Below are positions 1 through 9,123 of a stretch of 64,000 nt of DNA, piece by piece. The translations under genes and the position numbers were made by a program. The stretch is from a bacterium. GTDB taxonomy: Bacteria > Electryoneota > Electryoneia > Electryoneales > Electryoneaceae. The stretch lies in the NCBI GenBank assembly GCA_963669175.1, contig OY769902.1:1536001-1600000 (forward strand). Direction: 5' to 3'. Each line of letters starts with the position of its first letter. The first letter of the stretch is position 1. Below the pieces are notes generated by a model that did not search any database, was not told the DNA's origin, and saw nothing but the letters and a program-made list of their open reading frames with translations.

Positions 1-80
1 AGGCACCCAGGAATAGAAATACTGTATCGTTTTGCATGAATACTGTCATGGTACATTTTCGAAGCAGAGTCAGGAGTTGG

Positions 81-3000
81 ATGACGAAGCGAGTATACAT
101 AGTCCTTGGCCTTGTGGCGTTATTGTTGTTGCCGGGCGCTTTCCAGACGGTTTCTGCTCAGGAAACCGAGCAGGACAGCACCGAGCAGCATCCCATGAAT
201 ACCGAAGCGCATATCGCGGTTTTCGGCAGGGATGTGGTGCAGCAATGGGCCTCGCTATCCGGGCGGGGGGGACGTACTCCTGAAGTTGACAGCCTGATTA
301 CTGAGGGCGAAAGATACCTGTTCATGGCGGAACAGTTCGTAGAACAGGTTGGCTACGAAGCGCTTTCAGAGCAGCAGCGTCGCGGAAACCTGCGTCTTCT
401 GCAGCTCCGTAACAGTTTCCTCGATGTGATGAAGTGGCTCGAGGTTGAGCGCTCCCGTGACTTTAACCTCTCCCAACTGCGTGAACTGGAGCAACGATAC
501 GTTCGTGAACGTGATCTGCTCATGCAGCAGATGGCTGAAAAACGCAGTCAGTTGATCGATGCTTCAAGGCGCTTCCTGAATACCGTTAATCAGAATCCGG
601 ATATTCAACGGCTTTCCGAACGTGACCGGGCGGAACTGATCGCCGATGTCGAATTCCGATTGGCTGATTTGTATGTGCGGGAAGCAGATGAAGAATTCAG
701 CCGGCAATGGGAAGACTACGACCGTCAGTACTATGCTTGGCTGGATGCCGGTGGAACTGGTTCTGAGCCACGTGCGCCGCAGATGGATTACAGTAAATCA
801 TTGCGCCTGTACCAGGATGTTGTAGACAATTTCAGCAATACATCGCTGTATAGTCAGGCCTTGTATAATGTGGCGTTCATCATGGATGAATCCAATGAAC
901 CAAGCCTGAAACGTCGGGCGCAATCAAAGTTTGAAACCATTGCTGACAACTATCGTGACAGTGAATATGCGGACGAGTCGCTGTATCGTCTCGGTATGTA
1001 CCAGTTTGAAGTTGATTCCAACATGACTGCGGCGATCCCGTATTTCGAGCGTGTGTTGGAATACAGGGGATCAAAGTACTACTCAAGCTCGTTATACATG
1101 CTTGGCTGGTGCTACTTCCGTAAAGATGCCGTCGCAGATGCCGGGTTGACTGACAAACCAAACTCACTCTGGTCGCTGGAAGATTTTGCTTTATTGCAAG
1201 CGACAAAAGACAAAAACTATGATATTGCGGTTCAGTATTTCGATGATGCTGTAAAGTACTCCCGTGAGCAGAAGAAAATGTTTGGCAAGGCAGCGCCTAT
1301 TGAAGCCATTGCCATGGAATCGGAAGCCATTGAATACCTGGCTACCTGTTTCACGCTTGATTACCCTGAAATGGAATGGACTGACGCCGGCATTGATAAC
1401 GCTGTCTCATTCCTGCATGTGGAAGACTGGCGTTACCGGGAATACGGGTACAAGTTGCTTGAACAAATGGGCAAATTGTACCAGGAAGAAATTCTGATGG
1501 ATACGCTTGCGATCCTCGCCTGGGAAGCCGCGATTGATCAATACCCGCTGGAACCTCCGAACCCGGAATTGCAGCAAAAAATTATCAACATCTATTGGTT
1601 CAAAATGCATGAACCACAGGCTGCTTATGTAGCTCGTCAGTACCTGTTTGACCGGTATCGTCGCGGTACGGCTTGGGACTCTGTGAACAACGAAACTGCC
1701 TATCGTCCCTGGGCGGACTCCCTGATCGCCAATGAATACTACTTTAACTATACCATGACAATGGATACTCTCTTTAACCAGAGGCAGAACGAGGCTATTG
1801 AGAGTGCGCTCCTTGTCGCCACCAATTACCTGACTGAATTCCCATTCTCAGAACGAACGCCCAAGGTGGAATTCCAGCTCGCCTCGGTGCTTTCGCAACC
1901 CAGGTACAGCGACAACTTGCAGTTCCAGGTGAATGCGTATTGGGCGTATCGTGATGTGTTGGTGATGTGGGCAGACCATCCCAAGAATACCTACCGTGAA
2001 CAGGCTACCGTTGGCATGTTGCGTGTTGCACAAGCCCTGATGGAAGCTGAAAAGAACGGTATGGAAATACCTCCGCGAACCTTTGAATTGCCTGAAAAAC
2101 GAGGTGGACAGGTTAAAGGTGGTTCCAAGCCTGCGCCACAGCAGGTTACACCGGGCCCGCAAAGCGCTGCGGGAAGTATGGGTGATCCTGTCGAAGATGA
2201 CATGGATGTTGTGGATGATTTGGAAGAGACACCCGATGCCAATCCTCCGACGGAAGCGCCCGTTTCAGATGAAACAGAAGCTGACGTTCAGGAAGAGGAG
2301 CGCGAAGATCTGCAGGCAGACGAAGCTGAGCTTGAGGGTGGTGCCGGCGGGGCTGAGGACGCTGATACTGGCGCAGGTTTAGAGACTGAAGAACCTGAAT
2401 CTGAAATATTGCCTGATACCGGCAGCGCTCTCGTTGAACCCGAATCGGACATGCCCGTAGACGAACAGCCTGTAAAAGAACCGGCGGCAGAGCCGGATAC
2501 GGCTGGAGCGACTGCTGTTGAGCCGGATACATCAACAGGCGAGCAGCCGTCTGAAGAAGAGCCCGGGTTGCCCGTTATGAACGACACCACGAATGTGGAC
2601 GATGGTGGTGTCTGGGATGATGAAGAAGAGTTTCCGGAAGAAATTGCCCCGGCAGAAGAGGATACAACAGATAATTCCCAGGGAATGGGCTGGTTGAATG
2701 ATGTCTTTGCCGGCATGGTCGATATGACGCCTGCAGACTGGGATCCTTTCCTGTATGCGATGGCGTCTACGGAAAGAGTAACCTGGGCCATGCAGCAGGA
2801 TCCTGATACAACGCAGCAGGAAGAGGATCCCTTCGAAGAAGAGCCCATCTTTGAGGATGATGCACCTGCTGGCGAAGAGCCTGAGCAGGAAGAGGAACCG
2901 GTTGCCATACCCCCGACTGGGGCAACTCCGCCGGCAACAATGGAAGAGCCTGCTGTCGAACCGGTTAGTGCGGAAGAAGACAGCGCGATGATGGCTGTCG

Positions 3001-6000
3001 CAGATTCGGCTGCACAGGAAGAGAAGAAATACGAGCCTATCCCGCTGACAACAGCGGAAAGCATGTTCATGGAGCCTGTGGACTCACTGGTGCAGAGCTG
3101 GCCGGAAAATGAATTCACGCAGGATATGGTCATGATTGCGGCTCAGACCTATTACCGAAAGAATCATTATCAACAGTCCAGGCATTATTACAGGATCATC
3201 ATTGATCGTTTCTTCAACAATATTGACTACAGAAACATCGCGTACCGTGCGATTATCAACGGTTACGCGCGTGAAAAGAACTTCGAGAAGGTTGAAGAGG
3301 TTGCCCTCGAAATCGAGCGTGTAGGCATTGGCGGTGAACTCAGTGAAGAAGCCAACATGATGGCCGGTAAGGCGATCTATGAAGCTTCAGAAGCTGCACG
3401 CGCCAGCGGAGATTTCAATACAGCGGCTATGGAATTCCGCCGTGTCGCGCTGGACCGGCCGAACTATGCCAGTGCGGACGACGCGTTGTGGGAATCCGGT
3501 TTGACCTTTACGCAGGCGAAGAACTGGGATGAAGCGATCACCTCATTCCGGCTGCTTGCGCATACATACCCGGATTCGCAGTGGGCCGACCAGGCATTCT
3601 ATAACATTGCGTCAATCTATGGTGATGCGAACCAGAAGCCGGACAAGGCGAATGCCGCGGCCACCTGGGACTCGCTGGCTACTCTCTACCCAAAATCAGA
3701 CTTTGCAAATGTGGCGGTTTCCGAAGCTTCCCGTCTGTATGACGAGATGGAAAGCTGGGAAAAAGCGCTTCGTATGAACGAGATGTATATTGACCTTTTC
3801 CCGGAAGATACGCTAGCCTTCCACTTCCTGTTCGAGCAGGCTCGTCTCAATTTGAAGCTGGACCGTGAAGCCAATGCCATGCGTATTTACGAGGACTTCG
3901 CTCAGAAGTACCCGGATGATCCTCGAACGGTGAAGGCGCACTTGGATCGTGGTGAGTTTTACCTTGACCAGCGTTCTGATACAACTCGCGCTCGTGAAGC
4001 ATTCGAGAGCTGTCTGGTAGCAAACGAACGCATCAAGGAAGTCCAGGCACGAAAGGGAGAAAACGCTATCGGCTTCCCGGAAGCGGCTTCCAAGGCGAAA
4101 AACTACCTGACACAATGGAAGTTCAGGGAGTTCCTTGCCATCAGGTATACTGGTACGCCTGGACAGATTGAGACCAAAAAGGAACAGAAAGAAGCCCTGC
4201 GTCTTGATTTGATCGATGACTACAATGAACTGCTGAGTTACCTGCAGGATGAAGCCTTCAAGGCTCATTTCCGAATTCCGCAGATGGCGGAACAAATAGC
4301 CTTGGCTGAACAGAGTATCCAGCGCGAAGCCGCTTTCGATCCGGAAGGCAAGCTGGAAATTGACGAGGCCAATGCGATTTACAGCCAGGAAGAAACCATT
4401 GCCAACGACGCTATTTCCATTATGCTTGGCGCTGTGGAAATGTACGAGGAAGGTCTGGACAGTCTTCGCAGCCTGATGAGCAATATGCGCACCATTCGTA
4501 CGGAAACCCAGGCGACCGTTGATTCGTTGACCGAGTTCCTGGCACAGGCGCAACGTGATATCCTTACCCTGGAAGGTGACGAGAAAGCAGCGTTGGAAGA
4601 TGAGGTAAAGCAATCGCAACAGCGTCGGCAGGATTTGTCAGAAAACATCGACAAGTTTACCAGGCGTATTGATATAGCCCAGCAGTGGTCTGACTCGATT
4701 CGGGTTCGCATTCCGACCGTAATCGAAAAATGCGCTGAGATTTACAGTGTTGTACCCGGTGTGCTGTGGACCATTGAGCCTGTCGGGGATTACGACTGGG
4801 CCAAGATGATCATGCAGAAAGCGATCTTTGAAGACCTGGTCGTTCCTGCTGAAATCCTGGCGATGGACTGGCACATGCGTGCTGCGCAGACGGCAGATAC
4901 CTCCAAAGCGCTTACGGATGGCAGGCTGAACGAAGAGTTCCGAGCGATGGCCGATTCCGCACGTCAACAGATCATGGTTCGCGCTGATAAACTGTATGAT
5001 GCTTACCAGGAAGCGGTAACCTGGGCGAAAGAACGTGGCTATGAGCGTTATCGTGCACGTATGCTCCGCTTGATTGATATTGACCTTCGTACCGATTACA
5101 GTATGGGTATGGGATACGTGGAAGACCGTTGGGGATACTTCCTTAATATGTACCCGGCTGAAATTGCGAACTACCAGTACCAGATCGCTGAACTTGGCGC
5201 CAGCTACATGACCATGAGCCGGAAGGTTCTGGCGGAAATGCAGCTTGACGACAAGGGATGGGATACCTATTACGATCCCTATGCTGACAAGTTGATGAGT
5301 AAAGCAGTAGAAATGATAGCAATGGTCGACTCCCTGCAACAGGCAGATGTCGCAATGAAACATCGGTATGCTGAGCTTTCCGTCGAACATATGGATACGT
5401 TGAATGCTTATGTCGTTGCACAGGCCGGTTTCGCAGAATTGGAATTCAACTGGACCGTACTGGATTCCGCAATGCCCGAAGAGGCGTGGAAGATTCCAAG
5501 CGAGATCTATGTCCAGAACGAACCTTACGCCGAAGAGATCGGGCGCTGGCTGGTTCGTTTAGATCCGGCAAAGTGGGGACATCTTGCAGGCATCGGTGAA
5601 TCGACGAACTACCTGATTTCAGATACTACATGGTATGCGGCTGACTGGATCTGGCCGGAAGATCCTTACTTCTATTATGATCCTCCGGCTTACAAAAAAC
5701 CGATGTACAGTACCATGCCGGATCCGATTCAGAGCCTGGACTATATTAAAGGGCCGCCGCCTAATGTGATTGCGTTGTACGAGACGGAAATGCGGCTGGA
5801 GACTCGGTGGGTGCTGGAACCGGATCCGAATTATGTTCCGCCGGCGCCGGATTCGCTCCGGGTGGATTCGTTGCAGTCTGATTCAACACTCATGGATACC
5901 ACTGCTGGAGATTCAATCGGTGGCGTATTCACCGATGATGACACAACAGGCAGCATCTTTGACGATGACGCACAGTTAGCAGATACGGCGGCGGTGGGCG

Positions 6001-6626
6001 ATTCGACACTGTTGGCTGATGTTGTCTCCGATTCGTTCCTGGTTGATACAACCGGAGTTGACAGCACTCTGTCTGATTCCGCAGGTTTTGATGAACATGC
6101 AAATCCGCCGGAAGGGAAGCTGTGGGTAGAGAAAACAGACACATTCGAGGTCAAGGTTCCTTACCCGGAAATGTATTACCTGATCAACCTGAAGCCTGAG
6201 GACAGAATATCCGCGGCATCATTGAACATTACGGCTTTCCAGAACTGGTTCCTGTGGATTAATAACCAGATGATAGATGAAAACAGTTGGGACTCCACCG
6301 CAGGCAGGTGGCAATACTATGCAAACTATCCTGTATTTAACTTGTTGAATCCTGAACCGGGATCCGACAACATCATTATTGTAGGTGTTCTGAATGGGGA
6401 TACTACGAACACGGTAGGTGGTTTGTGGTTCACCATGGAATACAATACGGTAAAAGAGTTGACAGAAGAGATGTCGATCACATTACCCGAGAAGCCTGCT
6501 GACTATAATCCTTCTGCTACGGAAGGTACAAAGGATGACTCGGGTGGTAATCCACCAGTCCCGGATCCGATACCGGTACAACAGGATTCGACACAACAAG
6601 ATCCTACTCAGTTTTTTACCGAGTAG
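81..6626 (+). CDS. Giant exported TPR-repeat protein (GltD/AgmU- or GltI/AgmK-like scaffold candidate) with long acidic linker
   Basis: ATG at 81 follows AGGAG SD; signal peptide MTKRVYIVLGLVALLLLPGAFQTVSAQ; many TPR_6/BamD-type repeats (ALYNVAF, ADESLYRLG, ADDALWESG, YPDSQWADQAFY); E/D/P/A-rich linker about nt 2100-3030; heads an ExbB/ExbD/TonB-like operon. Confidence 0.8.
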   Translation: MTKRVYIVLGLVALLLLPGAFQTVSAQETEQDSTEQHPMNTEAHIAVFGRDVVQQWASLSGRGGRTPEVDSLITEGERYLFMAEQFVEQVGYEALSEQQRRGNLRLLQLRNSFLDVMKWLEVERSRDFNLSQLRELEQRYVRERDLLMQQMAEKRSQLIDASRRFLNTVNQNPDIQRLSERDRAELIADVEFRLADLYVREADEEFSRQWEDYDRQYYAWLDAGGTGSEPRAPQMDYSKSLRLYQDVVDNFSNTSLYSQALYNVAFIMDESNEPSLKRRAQSKFETIADNYRDSEYADESLYRLGMYQFEVDSNMTAAIPYFERVLEYRGSKYYSSSLYMLGWCYFRKDAVADAGLTDKPNSLWSLEDFALLQATKDKNYDIAVQYFDDAVKYSREQKKMFGKAAPIEAIAMESEAIEYLATCFTLDYPEMEWTDAGIDNAVSFLHVEDWRYREYGYKLLEQMGKLYQEEILMDTLAILAWEAAIDQYPLEPPNPELQQKIINIYWFKMHEPQAAYVARQYLFDRYRRGTAWDSVNNETAYRPWADSLIANEYYFNYTMTMDTLFNQRQNEAIESALLVATNYLTEFPFSERTPKVEFQLASVLSQPRYSDNLQFQVNAYWAYRDVLVMWADHPKNTYREQATVGMLRVAQALMEAEKNGMEIPPRTFELPEKRGGQVKGGSKPAPQQVTPGPQSAAGSMGDPVEDDMDVVDDLEETPDANPPTEAPVSDETEADVQEEEREDLQADEAELEGGAGGAEDADTGAGLETEEPESEILPDTGSALVEPESDMPVDEQPVKEPAAEPDTAGATAVEPDTSTGEQPSEEEPGLPVMNDTTNVDDGGVWDDEEEFPEEIAPAEEDTTDNSQGMGWLNDVFAGMVDMTPADWDPFLYAMASTERVTWAMQQDPDTTQQEEDPFEEEPIFEDDAPAGEEPEQEEEPVAIPPTGATPPATMEEPAVEPVSAEEDSAMMAVADSAAQEEKKYEPIPLTTAESMFMEPVDSLVQSWPENEFTQDMVMIAAQTYYRKNHYQQSRHYYRIIIDRFFNNIDYRNIAYRAIINGYAREKNFEKVEEVALEIERVGIGGELSEEANMMAGKAIYEASEAARASGDFNTAAMEFRRVALDRPNYASADDALWESGLTFTQAKNWDEAITSFRLLAHTYPDSQWADQAFYNIASIYGDANQKPDKANAAATWDSLATLYPKSDFANVAVSEASRLYDEMESWEKALRMNEMYIDLFPEDTLAFHFLFEQARLNLKLDREANAMRIYEDFAQKYPDDPRTVKAHLDRGEFYLDQRSDTTRAREAFESCLVANERIKEVQARKGENAIGFPEAASKAKNYLTQWKFREFLAIRYTGTPGQIETKKEQKEALRLDLIDDYNELLSYLQDEAFKAHFRIPQMAEQIALAEQSIQREAAFDPEGKLEIDEANAIYSQEETIANDAISIMLGAVEMYEEGLDSLRSLMSNMRTIRTETQATVDSLTEFLAQAQRDILTLEGDEKAALEDEVKQSQQRRQDLSENIDKFTRRIDIAQQWSDSIRVRIPTVIEKCAEIYSVVPGVLWTIEPVGDYDWAKMIMQKAIFEDLVVPAEILAMDWHMRAAQTADTSKALTDGRLNEEFRAMADSARQQIMVRADKLYDAYQEAVTWAKERGYERYRARMLRLIDIDLRTDYSMGMGYVEDRWGYFLNMYPAEIANYQYQIAELGASYMTMSRKVLAEMQLDDKGWDTYYDPYADKLMSKAVEMIAMVDSLQQADVAMKHRYAELSVEHMDTLNAYVVAQAGFAELEFNWTVLDSAMPEEAWKIPSEIYVQNEPYAEEIGRWLVRLDPAKWGHLAGIGESTNYLISDTTWYAADWIWPEDPYFYYDPPAYKKPMYSTMPDPIQSLDYIKGPPPNVIALYETEMRLETRWVLEPDPNYVPPAPDSLRVDSLQSDSTLMDTTAGDSIGGVFTDDDTTGSIFDDDAQLADTAAVGDSTLLADVVSDSFLVDTTGVDSTLSDSAGFDEHANPPEGKLWVEKTDTFEVKVPYPEMYYLINLKPEDRISAASLNITAFQNWFLWINNQMIDENSWDSTAGRWQYYANYPVFNLLNPEPGSDNIIIVGVLNGDTTNTVGGLWFTMEYNTVKELTEEMSITLPEKPADYNPSATEGTKDDSGGNPPVPDPIPVQQDSTQQDPTQFFTE

Positions 6627-6665
6627 ATTAGCGGTACACTCAGTGGTACAAGGGTGAGGGAAGTG

Positions 6666-6974
6666 ATGAAAAGGTTGTTCGCATACTTGGCGGGCACAGT
6701 TTTGCTGGGGACATCGGGTACGGCCTTCGCGCAGATATATGCTGGTGAAGAGACCATCAGGGGTGAAATTCCTCAGCCGACAGCGATTATCCAGCTTTCA
6801 CGTTCTGAACCGGAGTTTGAATCGGTTACTATTGATAAAGTCAGCAAGGATTATGGGGAATCGGCTTTTGCGTTGATTTCAGACCTCATTGCTCCTGCTG
6901 CCGAGGAAGTAGAACCGAGACCGATGGATAATCTCAAGGAAATGTTGTCCCGGGAGCGGCTACCTTCGAGATAA
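6666..6974 (+). CDS. Small exported protein, CglF/GltF-like
   Basis: Signal peptide MKRLFAYLAGTVLLGTSGTAFAQ; motif TIRGEIPQP-x6-R-x4-FES resembles the I-x-G-E-x-x-x-P...R...F-x-S core recalled for myxobacterial CglF; position between TPR gene and tolQ-like gene. Confidence 0.6.
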   Translation: MKRLFAYLAGTVLLGTSGTAFAQIYAGEETIRGEIPQPTAIIQLSRSEPEFESVTIDKVSKDYGESAFALISDLIAPAAEEVEPRPMDNLKEMLSRERLPSR

Positions 6975-7230
6975 GTGTTGCTGTCCATGAGAGGAGGTGC
7001 GGGATGTACAGAAAATCTCATGGAATTGGCGTCAATCCTTGCGCGTGAATAGACCCAAGCCTATATTTGGCTCCAGTGCTGCAATGGTTTGTTCCAGAGA
7101 CTGTTGTATGCCAGCGTGTGCATCCCATTTTACCCAAAGAGAGTGGTAGAAGAGCTTTTTCAGGTTGGAAACCAAGTTAAACGTTCCACATACCCACGTT
7201 TGATTGAGGGGAACATAGGAGAGGATCAAG

Positions 7231-7881
7231 ATGGGAGCAGTCTTTCAAAATCTGTACCAGTCGTTCAACCCGAATTCTCCGGGTTACGAGTTCATGTGGA
7301 TTCTGCTTTTCTTCTTTGTGTGGATGGCGACACTCGTGATTGAACGTGTGATTGCGATTTACATCCGTGCGAATGTAAATGCAGAAAAGTTCATGGCTGA
7401 GATCAAGAAGCTGGTACAGGCCGGTGATTTCAAGAAGGCGATCAACCTGTGCAAGTCCGCCGGCAAGCGTGCGCTTCCCCGTGTGGTCCTGGCTGCGTTG
7501 ATTGAGGCTGAAAAGCGTGAACTGATCGACTTCCGTGCAGTCCAGAACGCGTTGGACGAAGTTACCCTGGAAATCATTCCAGAATTGAACAAGCGCATGT
7601 CGATTCTTGGTATGATCGGTAACGTATCCACCCTTATGGGTCTGACAGGAACGATTTTCGGTCTGATCCTTTCCTTCGAAGCTGCAGGCGCAAGTGGTGG
7701 TGGTACCGGTGAATTGGCGAAAGGTATTTCTGTCGCTATGTTGACCACGCTTTTCGGTCTTCTGGTGGCGATGCCGGCTATCATCATGTACACATTCTTG
7801 AACAGCAAGATCAACTCGATTATTGAGGACATTGACGAGCACGCGGTCAAGCTGGTGCACCTGTTAACCGGAGGACGCTAA
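7231..7881 (+). CDS. MotA/TolQ/ExbB proton channel protein (AglR-like)
   Basis: GGAGAGG SD; three TM helices; STLMGLTGTIFGLI and LAKGISVAMLTTLFGLLVAMP motifs. Confidence 0.92.
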   Translation: MGAVFQNLYQSFNPNSPGYEFMWILLFFFVWMATLVIERVIAIYIRANVNAEKFMAEIKKLVQAGDFKKAINLCKSAGKRALPRVVLAALIEAEKRELIDFRAVQNALDEVTLEIIPELNKRMSILGMIGNVSTLMGLTGTIFGLILSFEAAGASGGGTGELAKGISVAMLTTLFGLLVAMPAIIMYTFLNSKINSIIEDIDEHAVKLVHLLTGGR

Positions 7882-7884
7882 TCC

Positions 7885-8499
7885 GTGGCCTACAAACCGT
7901 CAAATCGGGCAAAGTCGGGCGAGGAAAGTGTCGAGCCGAATGTAACCCCTATCATGAACTTGATGGTGGTGTTGATCCCGATGTTGCTTCAGGTCGCGGC
8001 TTTCGTTCAGCTGGCTTTGCTCGAATATGCGCCGCCTGCGCTGGATGAAGGCGGCGGTGGTGGTGGTGATGCAGATACCACCCAGCATGAAGAAGATGTG
8101 GATGACCGACCCCTGCTAAACCTTACGGTCAACGTAACTGAAGAGCAGTTTGAAGTATCCATTCGTGGTGCAACTTCCGGTGAAGACTTCCGGGTAATCC
8201 CCGTGATTTCTCCAGGCAACTACAATTTTGATGCCATACATGACACTCTTGTGCATATTCGTCAGGAGGTCATCGGAACACCACTGGATACACTTCGGTC
8301 TGTTGATGAAGAGACAGGTGAAGAAGTTCTCGGCTTTAAGTGGAAATTCAAGGATGGCGACAACCTGAAGATTGCCGCTAAAGCTGACATTCCCTGGCAG
8401 GTTGTAGTCGGTTTGCTCGATGCGGCCCGGAGGTTTGAAGACAAAGATGGCATAAACAAACCGCTTTATGCGCAGCCAATTATGGGGCGTTTCGAATAA
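7885..8499 (+). CDS. ExbD/TolR family protein (AglQ-like), Asn at the conserved TM Asp position
   Basis: N-terminal EPNVTPIMNLMVVLIPMLL TM; C-terminal IAAKADIPWQVVVGLLDAAR ExbD motif. Confidence 0.85.
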   Translation: MAYKPSNRAKSGEESVEPNVTPIMNLMVVLIPMLLQVAAFVQLALLEYAPPALDEGGGGGGDADTTQHEEDVDDRPLLNLTVNVTEEQFEVSIRGATSGEDFRVIPVISPGNYNFDAIHDTLVHIRQEVIGTPLDTLRSVDEETGEEVLGFKWKFKDGDNLKIAAKADIPWQVVVGLLDAARRFEDKDGINKPLYAQPIMGRFE

Positions 8500-8553
8500 A
8501 GCGTGATGTCAACTTTGTCTGAATGATTCTGGCCGTAAACGAGGAGAAGGTAT

Positions 8554-9114
8554 ATGGCGTTTGCACCGTCAAAACGAAGGCGCCTGAAGCGGAACGATGA
8601 TCCCAAGATGAACCTCAGCTCGATGATGGACATGATGACCATTATTCTGCTGTTCCTCTTGAAATCATATTCTGCGAGCGGTGCGCTGATTAAGCCGGCG
8701 TTGGACATCCAACTGCCGCAGTCGTCGGTCCAAACCGAACCCAAGCGTGCGTTAGCCGTTGTGCTGATAAAGAATTCCAATTTCCTGCAACCGGGGCTCT
8801 ACCTGGACACTGAAGAGATTGGTGACGCAGGAAACGAGAAGCTTCCACCGGCACGTCGCGCTGAAATCGCTAACCAGTTCATGATCGCCCCCATGGCACA
8901 GATCGAGGATGAGAATACTCCGATGATCCAGGGGTTGTACGACAAGATTGTACAACAGCAAGATCAGGACATGGACCTTGGCAAAGAAGTGACCGATGAG
9001 ATGACAATCCAGGCTGCGTCGGATATTCCGTACAACTGGATTTTAAAGATCACGGCAACCGGGTCCGCGGCCAACATAGCGACCTACGACTTTGTTGTCA
9101 TCAAGGAAGAATAG
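8554..9114 (+). CDS. ExbD/TolR family protein (AglS-like)
   Basis: GAGGAG SD; MNLSSMMDMMTIILLFLLKSYS TM with conserved Asp; IQLPQS; IQAASDIPYNWILKI motif. Confidence 0.88.
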   Translation: MAFAPSKRRRLKRNDDPKMNLSSMMDMMTIILLFLLKSYSASGALIKPALDIQLPQSSVQTEPKRALAVVLIKNSNFLQPGLYLDTEEIGDAGNEKLPPARRAEIANQFMIAPMAQIEDENTPMIQGLYDKIVQQQDQDMDLGKEVTDEMTIQAASDIPYNWILKITATGSAANIATYDFVVIKEE

Positions 9115-9123
9115 GAGAATCCC

